Below, piece by piece: positions 44,181 to 53,916 of a stretch of 64,000 bases of DNA. The notes under the pieces are model-generated. The model did not search any database, was not told where the DNA came from, and saw nothing but the letters and a program-made list of their open reading frames with translations. This DNA is from Candidatus Bathyarchaeota archaeon. GTDB taxonomy: Archaea > Thermoproteota > Bathyarchaeia > TCS64. Position numbers and translations under genes: made by a program. Numbering within the stretch: position 1 is the stretch's first letter; each line of letters begins with the position of its first letter. Location of the stretch: NCBI GenBank assembly GCA_016783455.1, contig JADHWN010000001.1, positions 41,930-105,929 of the forward strand. Direction: 5' to 3'.

Positions 44181-46718
44181 ATGTCCATGCCATCTGAAAT
44201 AAAATCGCCCGAGGAATTTTTCGGGCACAAGATGGGCGCAGACCGGAAACTGGTCCGCTGGGAGAAAATAGTCGAATACTTCTGGCACCTGGACAACTCA
44301 CCGTGCGTAAAGGTAACCGACCTGGGCAAGTCCACCGAGGGCAACCCATTCCTCCTCGCGGTCATCTCGTCCCCCGAGAACATCAAGAACCTAAACAAGA
44401 TACGGGATATGAGCTACAACGTAGCCCATCCCCAAGGGCTGAGCAATAGACAGCTCGACAGGATATACAAGGACGGGAAGACCGTGGTCTCAATGACCAT
44501 GAGCATCCACGCCTCCGAGGTCGGCGGCACACAGATGTCCCCCGAGCTCTGCTACGAGGTCGCCACGAGCCCCGAGCACGAGGAGATCCGGCAGAACACC
44601 GTGCTCCTGGCATTCCCCAGCTTCAATCCCGACGGCCAGATAATGGTCACCGACTGGTACAACGAGCATCTGGACACCGAGTACGAGGGAACGGGGACAC
44701 CGTTCCTCTACCACAAGTACGTGGGCCACGACAACAACAGGGACGCCATCCACCTCACCCAGGTGGAGTCCCAGATGGTCTCCAAGGTCATGTACGGTGA
44801 GTGGTACCCCCAGGCATACATCGACCACCACCACATGGGAGGCACAGGCGCCCGATTCTACATACCGCCGTTCGCCAACCCCGTAGACCCCAACGTCGAC
44901 CCCCTCATCTGGACGGAGCAGCAGCTCTACGGCGCCATGATGGCCACCATGCTGGAGGGCGCCGGCAAGACGGGCATCGAATCCGCAGCTACGTATCCGG
45001 GCGAGTTCATGCCCACATTCAACTACATCCCATGCTGGCACAACATCTGCGGGATGCTCACCGAGTCGGCATCTGCAAGGATAGCCACCCCCAGCTACGT
45101 CCACTACCACCAGTTGAGGCCGAGCAGGCGCGGCCGCCCAGAGTACAGGACCCAGATGGGCTTCCCCCACCCCTGGAAGGGGGGCTGGTGGAGGCTTAGG
45201 GACATCGTGGAGCAGCAGAAGATCTCATCCCTAGCCTGCCTGAAGGTCACCTCGAGCAACAGGGAGATGATCCTCAGGAACATGTACAAGAAGGCGAGTA
45301 GGGGCATAGAGAAGGGCAAGACCGAGGCGCCCTACGCATTCATCTTCAAGCCTGAGCAGCACGACGAGCTCAGCACGTACAAGCTCATGAAGACCCTCAT
45401 GGACATGGACATCAGGGTGAGCCGCAGCAAGCGTGAGTTCAAGGCCGAGGGAGTGACGTACCCCAGGGGCACGTACGCCGTCTTCGCCGCCCAGCCGATC
45501 AGGCCCTACATCATGTCCCTCCTCAGGAGGACGTTCTACCACGCAGGACCCTTCAGCTACGACAGCAACGGCAACCCCATCTCCCCCTACGACCTCTGCA
45601 CCTACAATATCGCCGAGTTCATGGGCATCGACCTCCACGAGGTGAAGGGCCCTTTCGAGGGAGAGTTCGAGGAGCTCCCGTCGGTCAGGTACCCCAGGGG
45701 CTCCGTCGAGGGCAGCCCCAAGGGATACATCCTCGACTGCAGGTACAACGACAGCTTCGCCGCCGTCAGCAGGCTGCTAAGGAGGGACACCGATGTCCAT
45801 AGGACCACCGAGCCGATCGAGGTAAACGGTGAGACCATCGGAAAAGGCGCATTCTACATCCCCGCAGCCGACGGCATAGAGGATGCTATAACCAGGCTCT
45901 CCAAGCAGCTCCATCTGACATTCCTACCAGCGCCCTCTGAAAACTTCAAGCATGAGCCCGTCAAGATGCTGAGGGTGGGCATGTACTACAGGTACAGGGG
46001 GGGTAACATGGACGAGGGCTGGACACGATGGCTCCTCGAAAAGTACAGGTTCAGGTACAAGAGGCTCCTGGACGCCGACGTCAAGAGGGGTAGGCTAGTC
46101 AACAAGTACGATGTCATCATCCTCCCGAGCGACAGCAAGGAGATGATCACAGGTGAAGGGATCGAGGAGTACTACAAGAAACGCTTCGGGTCTGGACGGT
46201 CGCCACCCAAATACCCCAAAGAGTACGAGAGCGGCATCGGCAAGGAGGGCGTCGAAAAGCTGAAGGAGTTCGTTGAAGAGGGCGGGACCCTGGTGGCCCT
46301 CGGAGCCGCCTCCGCATTCGCCATCGAGGCCCTGGAGCTGCCTGTCAAGAACGTGCTGCAGGACCTTAAATCCAAGGACTTCCTCTGCCCGGGCTCATCG
46401 CTCCACGTCGACGTAAACAGGGAGAACTCGCTGACGGACGGCGTAAAGGACGACCTGCTGATAATATTCAGGAACAACCCCGCGTTTGAAGTGGTGCCCA
46501 GCGCCAAGAACGAGGAGATGCAGGTAGTCCTCTCCTATCCTGATAAGAGGATCATGGAGAGCGGCTGGCTCATCGGGGAGGAGTACCTCAGTAGGAAGGC
46601 GGCCCTCATCGACGCCAAGAAGGGGAAGGGCAGGGCGGTCCTGTTCGGCTTCTCGCCCCAGTTCAGGGCGCAGACCGACGCCACGTTCAAGCTCTTCTTC
46701 AACTGCCTCATCGGCTGA
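44181..46718 (+). CDS. Large M14-family zinc carboxypeptidase with a C-terminal class-I-glutamine-amidotransferase-like/DJ-1-like domain.
   Basis: 845 aa. Zinc motif HxxE in SIHASEVGG, then PSFNPDGQ (NPDG). A downstream His/Glu sits in the M14 framework. The C-terminal AVLFGFSPQFRAQTDATFKLFFNCL resembles the end of an LD-carboxypeptidase or GATase-like fold. Confidence 0.7.
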   Translation: MSMPSEIKSPEEFFGHKMGADRKLVRWEKIVEYFWHLDNSPCVKVTDLGKSTEGNPFLLAVISSPENIKNLNKIRDMSYNVAHPQGLSNRQLDRIYKDGKTVVSMTMSIHASEVGGTQMSPELCYEVATSPEHEEIRQNTVLLAFPSFNPDGQIMVTDWYNEHLDTEYEGTGTPFLYHKYVGHDNNRDAIHLTQVESQMVSKVMYGEWYPQAYIDHHHMGGTGARFYIPPFANPVDPNVDPLIWTEQQLYGAMMATMLEGAGKTGIESAATYPGEFMPTFNYIPCWHNICGMLTESASARIATPSYVHYHQLRPSRRGRPEYRTQMGFPHPWKGGWWRLRDIVEQQKISSLACLKVTSSNREMILRNMYKKASRGIEKGKTEAPYAFIFKPEQHDELSTYKLMKTLMDMDIRVSRSKREFKAEGVTYPRGTYAVFAAQPIRPYIMSLLRRTFYHAGPFSYDSNGNPISPYDLCTYNIAEFMGIDLHEVKGPFEGEFEELPSVRYPRGSVEGSPKGYILDCRYNDSFAAVSRLLRRDTDVHRTTEPIEVNGETIGKGAFYIPAADGIEDAITRLSKQLHLTFLPAPSENFKHEPVKMLRVGMYYRYRGGNMDEGWTRWLLEKYRFRYKRLLDADVKRGRLVNKYDVIILPSDSKEMITGEGIEEYYKKRFGSGRSPPKYPKEYESGIGKEGVEKLKEFVEEGGTLVALGAASAFAIEALELPVKNVLQDLKSKDFLCPGSSLHVDVNRENSLTDGVKDDLLIIFRNNPAFEVVPSAKNEEMQVVLSYPDKRIMESGWLIGEEYLSRKAALIDAKKGKGRAVLFGFSPQFRAQTDATFKLFFNCLIG

Positions 46719-46821
46719 CCCCAACCTTTCTATATATTTTTTCTTAACAGTCAATACTAGTTTATAGAATCGAAGGGATTTTATATTCAAGCAATGTAGC
46801 TAAAGAGAATCGTGATCAAAG

Positions 46822-48018
46822 ATGCCAGTTGAAAGATTCGCCAAGAATGAATTGATACCCTCTCTCCAGGCTCGCATGGGCGGAGGGACCCGAGCGAGGA
46901 TGGGCCCCATGGAGGGCATGATCAACCTGGGCGCGGGGGACCCCGACTTCAACCAGCCCGAGTTCATCAACAAGGCCGTCTACGAAGCCATGAAGGAGGG
47001 CTACACTCACTACTCCTTCGGCGGCGACCCCGAGTTCAAGCAGGCCATCGCCAGCTACTACAAGAAATACGGAGTGGACGTCGATCCTAACACCCAGATA
47101 GTGATCGAGTCCGGTGGCAGTCAGGCCATATTCAGGTCCTTCGGGGCCATCCTGAACCCGGGGGAGGAGATCCTCATTATGGACCCTGCCTACGGAGGCT
47201 ACAGGGGACCGGCCGCCTACTTCGGCGCGACGATGACCAGGGCCAAGCTGACCAAGGGGAAGGACGGCCTCTTCAGGCCTGACATGGACAACATCAGGGC
47301 CGCCATCACCGACAAGACCAAGGCTATGCTCATCTGCAATCCCGACAACCCCTGTGGGACCGTCTACACGGAGAAGGAGCTCAAGGGGCTGGCCGAGGTC
47401 GCCGTTGAGAAGGACATCGTCCTAATCGCGGACGAGATCTACACGGAGTTCACGTGGGGCGACAGCGTGCACAGGCCCATAATCAACCTGCCGGGAATGG
47501 AGGAGAGGACCATGGTGCTCATGAGCTTCTCCAAGACCTTCGCCTGGACGGGCTGCAGGGCGGGTTACATCATCGCGGGCCCCGAGCTAATGAGGGTGGT
47601 CAACGCCGTGCCCACGGGGATCTGCTCGATGCCCGTGGCCTTCCAGAGGGCGGGGATCAAGGCCCTCAACGAGGGCTGGGACTTCGTCGATGAGATGAAG
47701 GCAGAGTACAAGAAGCGCATCGACTTCATGGCGCCACGTCTGTCCGAGATAGAGGGCATAACCTGCCCCTACCCCGAGGGCGCATTCTACCTCTTCCCCG
47801 ACATCTCTGAGCTGGGGGTGCCCTCAGCCAAGTTCTCCCAAGACCTCTTCGTAAAAGAGAAAGTGCGCTGCGCATCCGGCAGCGGGTACGGCGAGAACGG
47901 TGAGGGACACATCAGGTTCGCCCTAGTGAGGCCGGTTGAGGACCTGGCAGAGGCCTGCGACCGCATCGAGAAGTTCGTCAAAAGCCTCCCACCCAAAGCC
48001 CCAAGCGCCTACCCCTAA
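46822..48018 (+). CDS. Class I/II PLP-dependent aminotransferase (aspartate aminotransferase family).
   Basis: 398 aa. LICNPDNPCGTVYT, and the PLP lysine in MSFSKTFAWTGCRAGY. Confidence 0.8.
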   Translation: MPVERFAKNELIPSLQARMGGGTRARMGPMEGMINLGAGDPDFNQPEFINKAVYEAMKEGYTHYSFGGDPEFKQAIASYYKKYGVDVDPNTQIVIESGGSQAIFRSFGAILNPGEEILIMDPAYGGYRGPAAYFGATMTRAKLTKGKDGLFRPDMDNIRAAITDKTKAMLICNPDNPCGTVYTEKELKGLAEVAVEKDIVLIADEIYTEFTWGDSVHRPIINLPGMEERTMVLMSFSKTFAWTGCRAGYIIAGPELMRVVNAVPTGICSMPVAFQRAGIKALNEGWDFVDEMKAEYKKRIDFMAPRLSEIEGITCPYPEGAFYLFPDISELGVPSAKFSQDLFVKEKVRCASGSGYGENGEGHIRFALVRPVEDLAEACDRIEKFVKSLPPKAPSAYP

Positions 48019-48027
48019 ACTCTCCAT

Positions 48028-48040
48028 TTCCTTTTTTATC
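48028..48040 (+). terminator. Oligo-T terminator candidate.
   Basis: ttccttttttatc begins 10 nt after the TAA stop at 48016-48018. Confidence 0.35.
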
Positions 48041-48053
48041 CATTATAGCGAGT

Positions 48054-49508
48054 TCAGCCTTTTCGGCCCAGCCTCTCGGCTGCCTCTCTTGCTGCCTGAA
48101 GGGGAGGGGCGATGTCGTCGGGGATCGGACACATGTACGTCCTGCCCTGAAGCCTCTCCGAGAGCTCATCCCTTGCATTCTCGACGAGCCCCGGTTTAGT
48201 AAGTAGGTCCAGAGCCGAGCCAGCTATGGTCTTCGCCGCGAAGATCAGGCTCTTGTGCCCTATGCTTGTCCCGCTGCATGCCACGGCCTGCCATGCGTGG
48301 CCAGGTGCCCCGAGGACGAAGGTGGCGGTGGAGAACTCCATGGTCGGAGTGTTCCAGCTCACGTCGGAGACGTCCGTCGACCCCATGTTGACCTCCCCCT
48401 CATCCCAGGCGTCGAATATCTCGGAGACGAGGTCGACGTCGACGTACTTTTCCCAGTTCGGGAGCTTCATGTTTCTCAGTCTGTTCAATTTCTGCGATCG
48501 AGGCACGGATTCGGCGATCTCATGTGCGAACTCTAGTTCGTCCTTCGTGTATTCGGGGGCTCCCACCTCCCTCATGTTAGCAACCACCAGCTCGCTTAGG
48601 GTCCTGTTGGGGATCTTGTTGCTGCAGCCGCAGAGGTAGTCGATCTTGAAGTCGGTCTCGGTCATCATGGCGGCGCCCTCCGCGATCTTCTTTATCCTCC
48701 CGTAGATGGGCTCCAGCTGGTCGTTCTCTGGTGCTCTGATGTAGTACCAGCTGCGGGCGTAGCCGGGGACGACGTTGGGCTGGTCGCCGCCGTCCTCGGT
48801 GATGTAGTGGATGCGGGCCTTGTCGATGACGTGCTCTCTGAGGTAGTTGACGCCGACGTTCATCAGCTCCACGGCGTCCAGGGCGCTCCTCCCCTGCTCG
48901 GGGGAGCCCGCGGCGTGGGAGGTCTTCCCGTAGAAGTGGAACTTGACGCTGTAGACGGCGTTGCTGCTCTTCAGCCCGGCCGCGTTGACCGAGCTAGGGT
49001 GGTGGCTCAGCGATGCGTCAACGTCGTCGAAGAGGCCCGCGCGTGCCATGAAGGTCTTGCCGTCGTAGTTCTCCTCCGCGGGCGAGCCGTAGAACCTGAC
49101 GGTCCCCTCGAGGCCCCGCTCCTCCATCGCATATCTAACGGCGACGGCCCCAGCCATCCCCGAGACTCCATGGATGTTGTGCCCGCAGCCGTGTCCGGGT
49201 GCCCCCTCCTTCAGAGGGTCCTTGTAGGGGACCTTCTTCTGGGAGATGCCCGGCAGGGCGTCGAACTCCCCAAGAACGGCTATGACGGGCTTCCCTCTCC
49301 CCCAGGACGCCACGAACGCGGTGGGCATACCGGCCACGCCCCGTTCCATGTTGAATCCATGGGACTCAAGCTCGTCGGCCAGGAGCTTCGAGGACCTCTC
49401 CTCCATGAGCCCCAGCTCAGCGTAGTCCCAGATGGCGTCGCTTAACTCGATCAATCTATCCCTGTTCTCATCTATCCAGCTCCAGGCTTTCTCCTTCATA
49501 ATGATCAA
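48054..49508 (-). CDS. M20-family amidohydrolase/peptidase (AbgB-like aminobenzoyl-glutamate hydrolase subunit B family).
   Basis: 484 aa. Metal ligands appear in GHGCGHN and VLGEFDALPG. The M20D dimerisation domain signature is present. Confidence 0.75.
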   Translation of the reverse strand: MIIMKEKAWSWIDENRDRLIELSDAIWDYAELGLMEERSSKLLADELESHGFNMERGVAGMPTAFVASWGRGKPVIAVLGEFDALPGISQKKVPYKDPLKEGAPGHGCGHNIHGVSGMAGAVAVRYAMEERGLEGTVRFYGSPAEENYDGKTFMARAGLFDDVDASLSHHPSSVNAAGLKSSNAVYSVKFHFYGKTSHAAGSPEQGRSALDAVELMNVGVNYLREHVIDKARIHYITEDGGDQPNVVPGYARSWYYIRAPENDQLEPIYGRIKKIAEGAAMMTETDFKIDYLCGCSNKIPNRTLSELVVANMREVGAPEYTKDELEFAHEIAESVPRSQKLNRLRNMKLPNWEKYVDVDLVSEIFDAWDEGEVNMGSTDVSDVSWNTPTMEFSTATFVLGAPGHAWQAVACSGTSIGHKSLIFAAKTIAGSALDLLTKPGLVENARDELSERLQGRTYMCPIPDDIAPPLQAAREAAERLGRKG

Positions 49509-49582
49509 TATAAAGAGGGGAAGAGGAGATGAGACTTTCGTTCACTTGGTTAGGACCCCCTTCAGGTTATCCACTTGACGCC

Positions 49583-50557
49583 TCAGATTCCGGGGTATCT
49601 CTGACCGCTGTCAGGCAGCACCGTGACGACATGAGCATCTCGATCCAGATTCTTCGCGAGTTCCAATGCTGCATGCACGTTGGCCCCTGAGGAAACACCG
49701 GTGAACAACCCCTCGACGACTGCCAGCCCCCTCATCATCTCGAAGGCCTCCTCGTCCTTGACGAGAACGACTTGGTCCACGATGTCCGTGTTGTCCATGA
49801 CTATCTCGGGAACGAACGTCTCCCCTATTCCCTCTATCCTGTGGGGGATCCCTGAGCCTATCGGTAGGCTGCTCCCGTAGTACATGTTGTAGTAGGCTGG
49901 CGCCGCGGTCGGCTCGACGGCGACTATCTTGGTCTCCGGGTTCGCCTCCTTCAGCATTTGAGTGACACCCACGAGGGTTCCCCCGGTGCCTATGCCCGCC
50001 ACGAAGACCTCCACGTGGCCCGCCTGCCTCAGTATCTCCTTGCCCGTGGCGTGGTGGGCCTTCACGTTGTCGGGGTTCCTGAACTGGTCGAGGAGGAAGG
50101 CGCCTCTCTCCTCCGCCTCCTCCCTCGCCCTCCTGACTGTGGCGTCTATGCCCTCTTCTGAGGGAGTGAAGATCAGCTCAGCTCCGTAGCTGTCCATCAT
50201 TTTAGCCTTCACGCCACTCGTCGTCTCCGGGACCACGATCACCGCTTTGTATCCCTTGTAGGCAGCGATCATGGCGACCGAGACGCCGGTGTTTCCGCTG
50301 GAGGCCTCGACGATGGTGTCGCCATTGCCCAGTAAGCCGCTCCTTTCAGCTGACTCTATGGCGTAGTGCACCATGCGGTCCTTTATGCTCCCGCTGGGGT
50401 TGAGGAACTCCGCCTTAGCGAAGACCCTAGCTTCAGAGGAATGGCTGAGTCGAGAGAGCTCAAGGAGGGGCGTGTTGCCGATCAGATCGAGAACAGAGCC
50501 GAAGAAATTATTTCGAATTATTAACTCGTGTGCAGGGGATCCTGCAAAAACCCTCAC
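49583..50557 (-). CDS. Cysteine synthase / O-acetylserine sulfhydrylase family PLP enzyme.
   Basis: GNTPLLEL..., the PLP-Lys motif NPSGSIKDRM, and EASSGNTGVSVAMIAA. The exact start is uncertain because the track start looks about 10 aa too long. Confidence 0.8.
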   Translation of the reverse strand: MRVFAGSPAHELIIRNNFFGSVLDLIGNTPLLELSRLSHSSEARVFAKAEFLNPSGSIKDRMVHYAIESAERSGLLGNGDTIVEASSGNTGVSVAMIAAYKGYKAVIVVPETTSGVKAKMMDSYGAELIFTPSEEGIDATVRRAREEAEERGAFLLDQFRNPDNVKAHHATGKEILRQAGHVEVFVAGIGTGGTLVGVTQMLKEANPETKIVAVEPTAAPAYYNMYYGSSLPIGSGIPHRIEGIGETFVPEIVMDNTDIVDQVVLVKDEEAFEMMRGLAVVEGLFTGVSSGANVHAALELAKNLDRDAHVVTVLPDSGQRYPGI

Positions 50558-50665
50558 CCATATTCATCACCTTATACGTGAGCTATAGGGCGGGCGTGAG
50601 TTTATATATGCGTTTCCCATGGAGGACGTTCTTCCGTTGACTGCAATATAAAAAATGGGATGAGA

Positions 50666-51502
50666 TCACTTGGTGATGATGACCTCGTCGACCTTCATCT
50701 TCTGTGACTTGATGGGGGCCTCGTCAGGCCAACCGACGATGATGTGATTGCGGCTAACGAACTCATCATGGAGGCCCAGGTACTCCCGGACCCTCTTCTG
50801 GGTCTCCTCGCCGTGGGTGAGCCAGCAGGCGCCGAGGCCCAGGGCGTGGGCCATGAGGCAGATGTGGTCGGCGGCCGCGGCGGCGTCGTAGTAGATGTTC
50901 TGGGGGACTGCCTTGTCGAACCTCATGGCTTTGTAAAGACGCATGTCCTGGCAGACGACGATCATGACGCAGTTCTCAACGGGTATGTCACTCCTGACCA
51001 GCTTGAACTCCTCGGGCTTCTTGAAGACCACGAAGCGGGTGGTTCCCACGTTGCAACCGTGGGGGGCGTAGAGGCCCGCCTGGATTACCTTCCGTATCAA
51101 CTCGTCGGGTACGGGCTTGTCCTTGAACTGGCGGATGGAGCGCCTCCTGTAGATTAGTTTGTTGACGGTCTCCATCTCCTGGTCGGGGAAGGCTTCCGGG
51201 AGCTCCGTGCCCAGGTCCAGCTCCCCGCCGGTCCTCAGCATCCGGGCGAGGCCGACGTAGTTGAGGCTCCACTGGATATCGGGGGCGTCCGTGGGAAGCC
51301 CTCTCCTCTTCCAGATGTCCATGAGGTACTCCCCTGTCTCCCCGAAGCTCTTCTGGATCCCCCGCTTCCCTGCCATTATGCGGTAGATGTTGACCTCGAT
51401 GGTGTGGTGGATCCTCTCGTGGATGATGCCCCTGAGAATCGCGGGGTCCATCTCCATGAGCTCCTGCTCGATGTATCCGTGGACTGTGACTGGTTCGCTC
51501 AT
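50666..51502 (-). CDS. Nitroreductase-family protein with an N-terminal extension.
   Basis: 278 aa. RRSIRQFKDKPVPDELIRKVIQAGLYAPHGCNVGTTRFVV and LGLGACWL are present. Confidence 0.65.
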   Translation of the reverse strand: MSEPVTVHGYIEQELMEMDPAILRGIIHERIHHTIEVNIYRIMAGKRGIQKSFGETGEYLMDIWKRRGLPTDAPDIQWSLNYVGLARMLRTGGELDLGTELPEAFPDQEMETVNKLIYRRRSIRQFKDKPVPDELIRKVIQAGLYAPHGCNVGTTRFVVFKKPEEFKLVRSDIPVENCVMIVVCQDMRLYKAMRFDKAVPQNIYYDAAAAADHICLMAHALGLGACWLTHGEETQKRVREYLGLHDEFVSRNHIIVGWPDEAPIKSQKMKVDEVIITK

Positions 51503-51570
51503 GACTTCTCACTGGAGAATAGATGGATCGCATGATGTTTAAAAAATGAAATATGGGGAAAAGTTAGGGG

Positions 51571-52734
51571 TCAGCCGAACACTTTCTCGAACCGCTCCAC
51601 TACAAGCTTCTCATCGCCCGGCAGCATTATGAGGCAGTTGAGGCCGAAGCCCGTGCCGCCCCCGCCTCTTACCCAGATCTCGGGGTCCTCCTCACGGAGG
51701 CTCAGGACGATCTCGCGGACCTCCTGCGGCGTCTTATCCTTGAATTCCAGCTGAACACCGAGGGTGTGGTAGACGCAGCCCTCCTGGGAGGCAGGTCTGA
51801 AGCTGAGGTCGACGCCCTGGAGGCCGGGCAGCTTCTTGATGCTCTTCATGATGTAACGGGCCCTCTTCCAGGCGGGCTCAAACCTCTCGGCGTCGTGGTC
51901 CATCTCCAGCCACTTCTTGAAGGCGACGATCAGGGCGACCACCTCCTGCCTGTCGAGTTTGTAGCCTCTGCCGATGCTCCTGTAGTAGCCTCCCTGCTCC
52001 ATGGGGCCGGCCTCGGCGCCGATGAAGCTGTGGAGGGCCATGGCCTCGATGAGGTCCTTCTTGCCGATGGCGAAGCCCGTCGAGTTGGGTCCCAGCACGT
52101 ACTTGCCCCCGTAGCAGGCGACATCGACACCCATCTTCACGTACTTCTTCAGGATGTCAGGGGGGTAGGTCATCCCAGAAACGTCTAGTATGACGGGGAC
52201 GCCGTGCTTGTGGGCAACCTTCACGGTCTCCTCGACGGATAATACACCTGGCCTGAGGCTCCCTGCCAAAGCATGGTGGATGGCCGCCGTCTTGTCCGTG
52301 ATGGCGTTCTCCATGAGCTCAGCCGTGCAGCCGTACCTCTCGTCGCCGACGAAAACGAACTTGCCCCCCGGGACCTCCATGCTCCTGTCGTAGACGAGGA
52401 GCCTGTTCGCCCTCTGGATGATTATCTCGTCCTTCATCCCGGTGGTGTCTGGGAGCCGTCTCATCTTCTCAGGGTCCTTACCAGCCATCGCCGAGGCGGC
52501 CGCCAGGACAAGGGCGTTGAACGCCCCTGAGGTGATCCAGCCGGCCTCCGCCTCACAGGCCTCGGCGATGATCTCACCGCCTCTCTTCATGAGGTCCCAC
52601 ATGTAGACGTAGCTCTTGTTGGCCTCCTCCATGGCCTTTAGAATATCCTTGGATAAGGTGGAGCCACCTAGCCTTGTAAGGGCGAAGGATGCGTTGACCA
52701 CCCGGTTTACTCCGAGCTCCTTGTAGATGCTCAT
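51571..52734 (-). CDS. SelA-like PLP-dependent enzyme (L-seryl-tRNA(Sec) selenium transferase-related family).
   Basis: Start at MSIYKELG. The lysine-containing block CYGGKYVLGPNSTG parallels the SelA SGDKLLGGPQ motif. It is an archaeal MJ0158-type paralog, and its function is unknown. Confidence 0.55.
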   Translation of the reverse strand: MSIYKELGVNRVVNASFALTRLGGSTLSKDILKAMEEANKSYVYMWDLMKRGGEIIAEACEAEAGWITSGAFNALVLAAASAMAGKDPEKMRRLPDTTGMKDEIIIQRANRLLVYDRSMEVPGGKFVFVGDERYGCTAELMENAITDKTAAIHHALAGSLRPGVLSVEETVKVAHKHGVPVILDVSGMTYPPDILKKYVKMGVDVACYGGKYVLGPNSTGFAIGKKDLIEAMALHSFIGAEAGPMEQGGYYRSIGRGYKLDRQEVVALIVAFKKWLEMDHDAERFEPAWKRARYIMKSIKKLPGLQGVDLSFRPASQEGCVYHTLGVQLEFKDKTPQEVREIVLSLREEDPEIWVRGGGGTGFGLNCLIMLPGDEKLVVERFEKVFG

Positions 52735-52873
52735 AATTATCGGGTAGACTGGGTCATATTGGAGATAAAACAGTTTCCAGCCCAACCCTTTTCATATTCA
52801 ATATGTACCATTCTAGAGGGTCCCAATGGTTTGTAGAGTTCGAGCTAGGGATTTCGGCGTCGTCCTTGGACAT

Positions 52874-53899
52874 ATGGAGATGGGCAAGCTCAACGCCATT
52901 ACGGATGTGGGGGGCGTGGGGGTAGGCCACTCCACCATCATTTCAGGCGAAGACGTGAGAACGGGGGTGACGGCCATCGTCCCCCATCAGGGCAACCCCC
53001 ACGAGGAGAAGGTCACGGCGGCCGTGGACCTCTTCAACGCCTATGGGAAGGCGACGGGGCTCCCTCAGATCATGTTCGAGGGTGTTCTGGAGGTGCCTAT
53101 CATGCTCACGGAGACCCTGAACACGTGGAGGGTGGCGGACGCCACACTGGATTACATGAGTGAGGGGTACGGCGTTAAGCCCGGGTCCCTCAACGTCGTG
53201 GTCGGGGAGACCAACGGGGGACACCTCACCAACAACTTCGGGAGGCACGTCGGGAGGGAGGCGGTCTTCAAGGCCTTGGACGCCGCCCGGAGCCCCGGGG
53301 GCGTTGGGCATGTGCCCGAGGGGAACGTAGGGGGTGGAACTCCCATGTCGGGCTATGGGTTCAAGGGAGGCATCGGGACCTCCTCAAGGGTCTTCGGTAA
53401 CTTCACCGTCGGCGTCCTGGTCCAGCTCAACTGCGGCCGGAAGGACGACCTCATGATAGGCGGCGTGCCTGTGGGGCGCGAGGTGGAGCTGCCAAGGCCG
53501 CCAGGCAGGAGCCCGGGCAACTCCATCATGATGATCGTCGCGACGGACCTCGCCATGGACTCCCGGCAGCTCTGGAAGGTGGCTAAAAGGGCCGCCTTGG
53601 GGCTGGCCAGGACCGGCTCCTACGGGAGTAACGGGAGCGGTGATTTCACCATAGCTTTCACGACCGGGGGGAAGGACTTCAAGGGGCTCATGGAGGTGTG
53701 GCCTGGGGAGAGGCGCTCACGGGGGGACGGCTTCCTGAACCCTGTCTACAGGGCTACAGTTGAGGCTACCGAGGAGGCGATAGTGAATGCCCTGTTCATG
53801 GCAGAGACGATGGTGGGAAGGGACGGTCACACTAGATACGCCCTCCCAACGGAGCAGCTGCCCGAAATCTTCGAGAGGTACGGGAGACCCGTCGGATAG
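52874..53899 (+). CDS. S58/DmpA-family (P1) aminopeptidase-amidase (Ntn-hydrolase fold).
   Basis: Start at MEMGKLNAITDVGGVGVGH (family opening NAITDV-GV-VGH). The autoprocessing region is GGIGTSS. Confidence 0.7.
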   Translation: MEMGKLNAITDVGGVGVGHSTIISGEDVRTGVTAIVPHQGNPHEEKVTAAVDLFNAYGKATGLPQIMFEGVLEVPIMLTETLNTWRVADATLDYMSEGYGVKPGSLNVVVGETNGGHLTNNFGRHVGREAVFKALDAARSPGGVGHVPEGNVGGGTPMSGYGFKGGIGTSSRVFGNFTVGVLVQLNCGRKDDLMIGGVPVGREVELPRPPGRSPGNSIMMIVATDLAMDSRQLWKVAKRAALGLARTGSYGSNGSGDFTIAFTTGGKDFKGLMEVWPGERRSRGDGFLNPVYRATVEATEEAIVNALFMAETMVGRDGHTRYALPTEQLPEIFERYGRPVG

Positions 53900-53916
53900 G
53901 GTCGAGAAGGAGAACC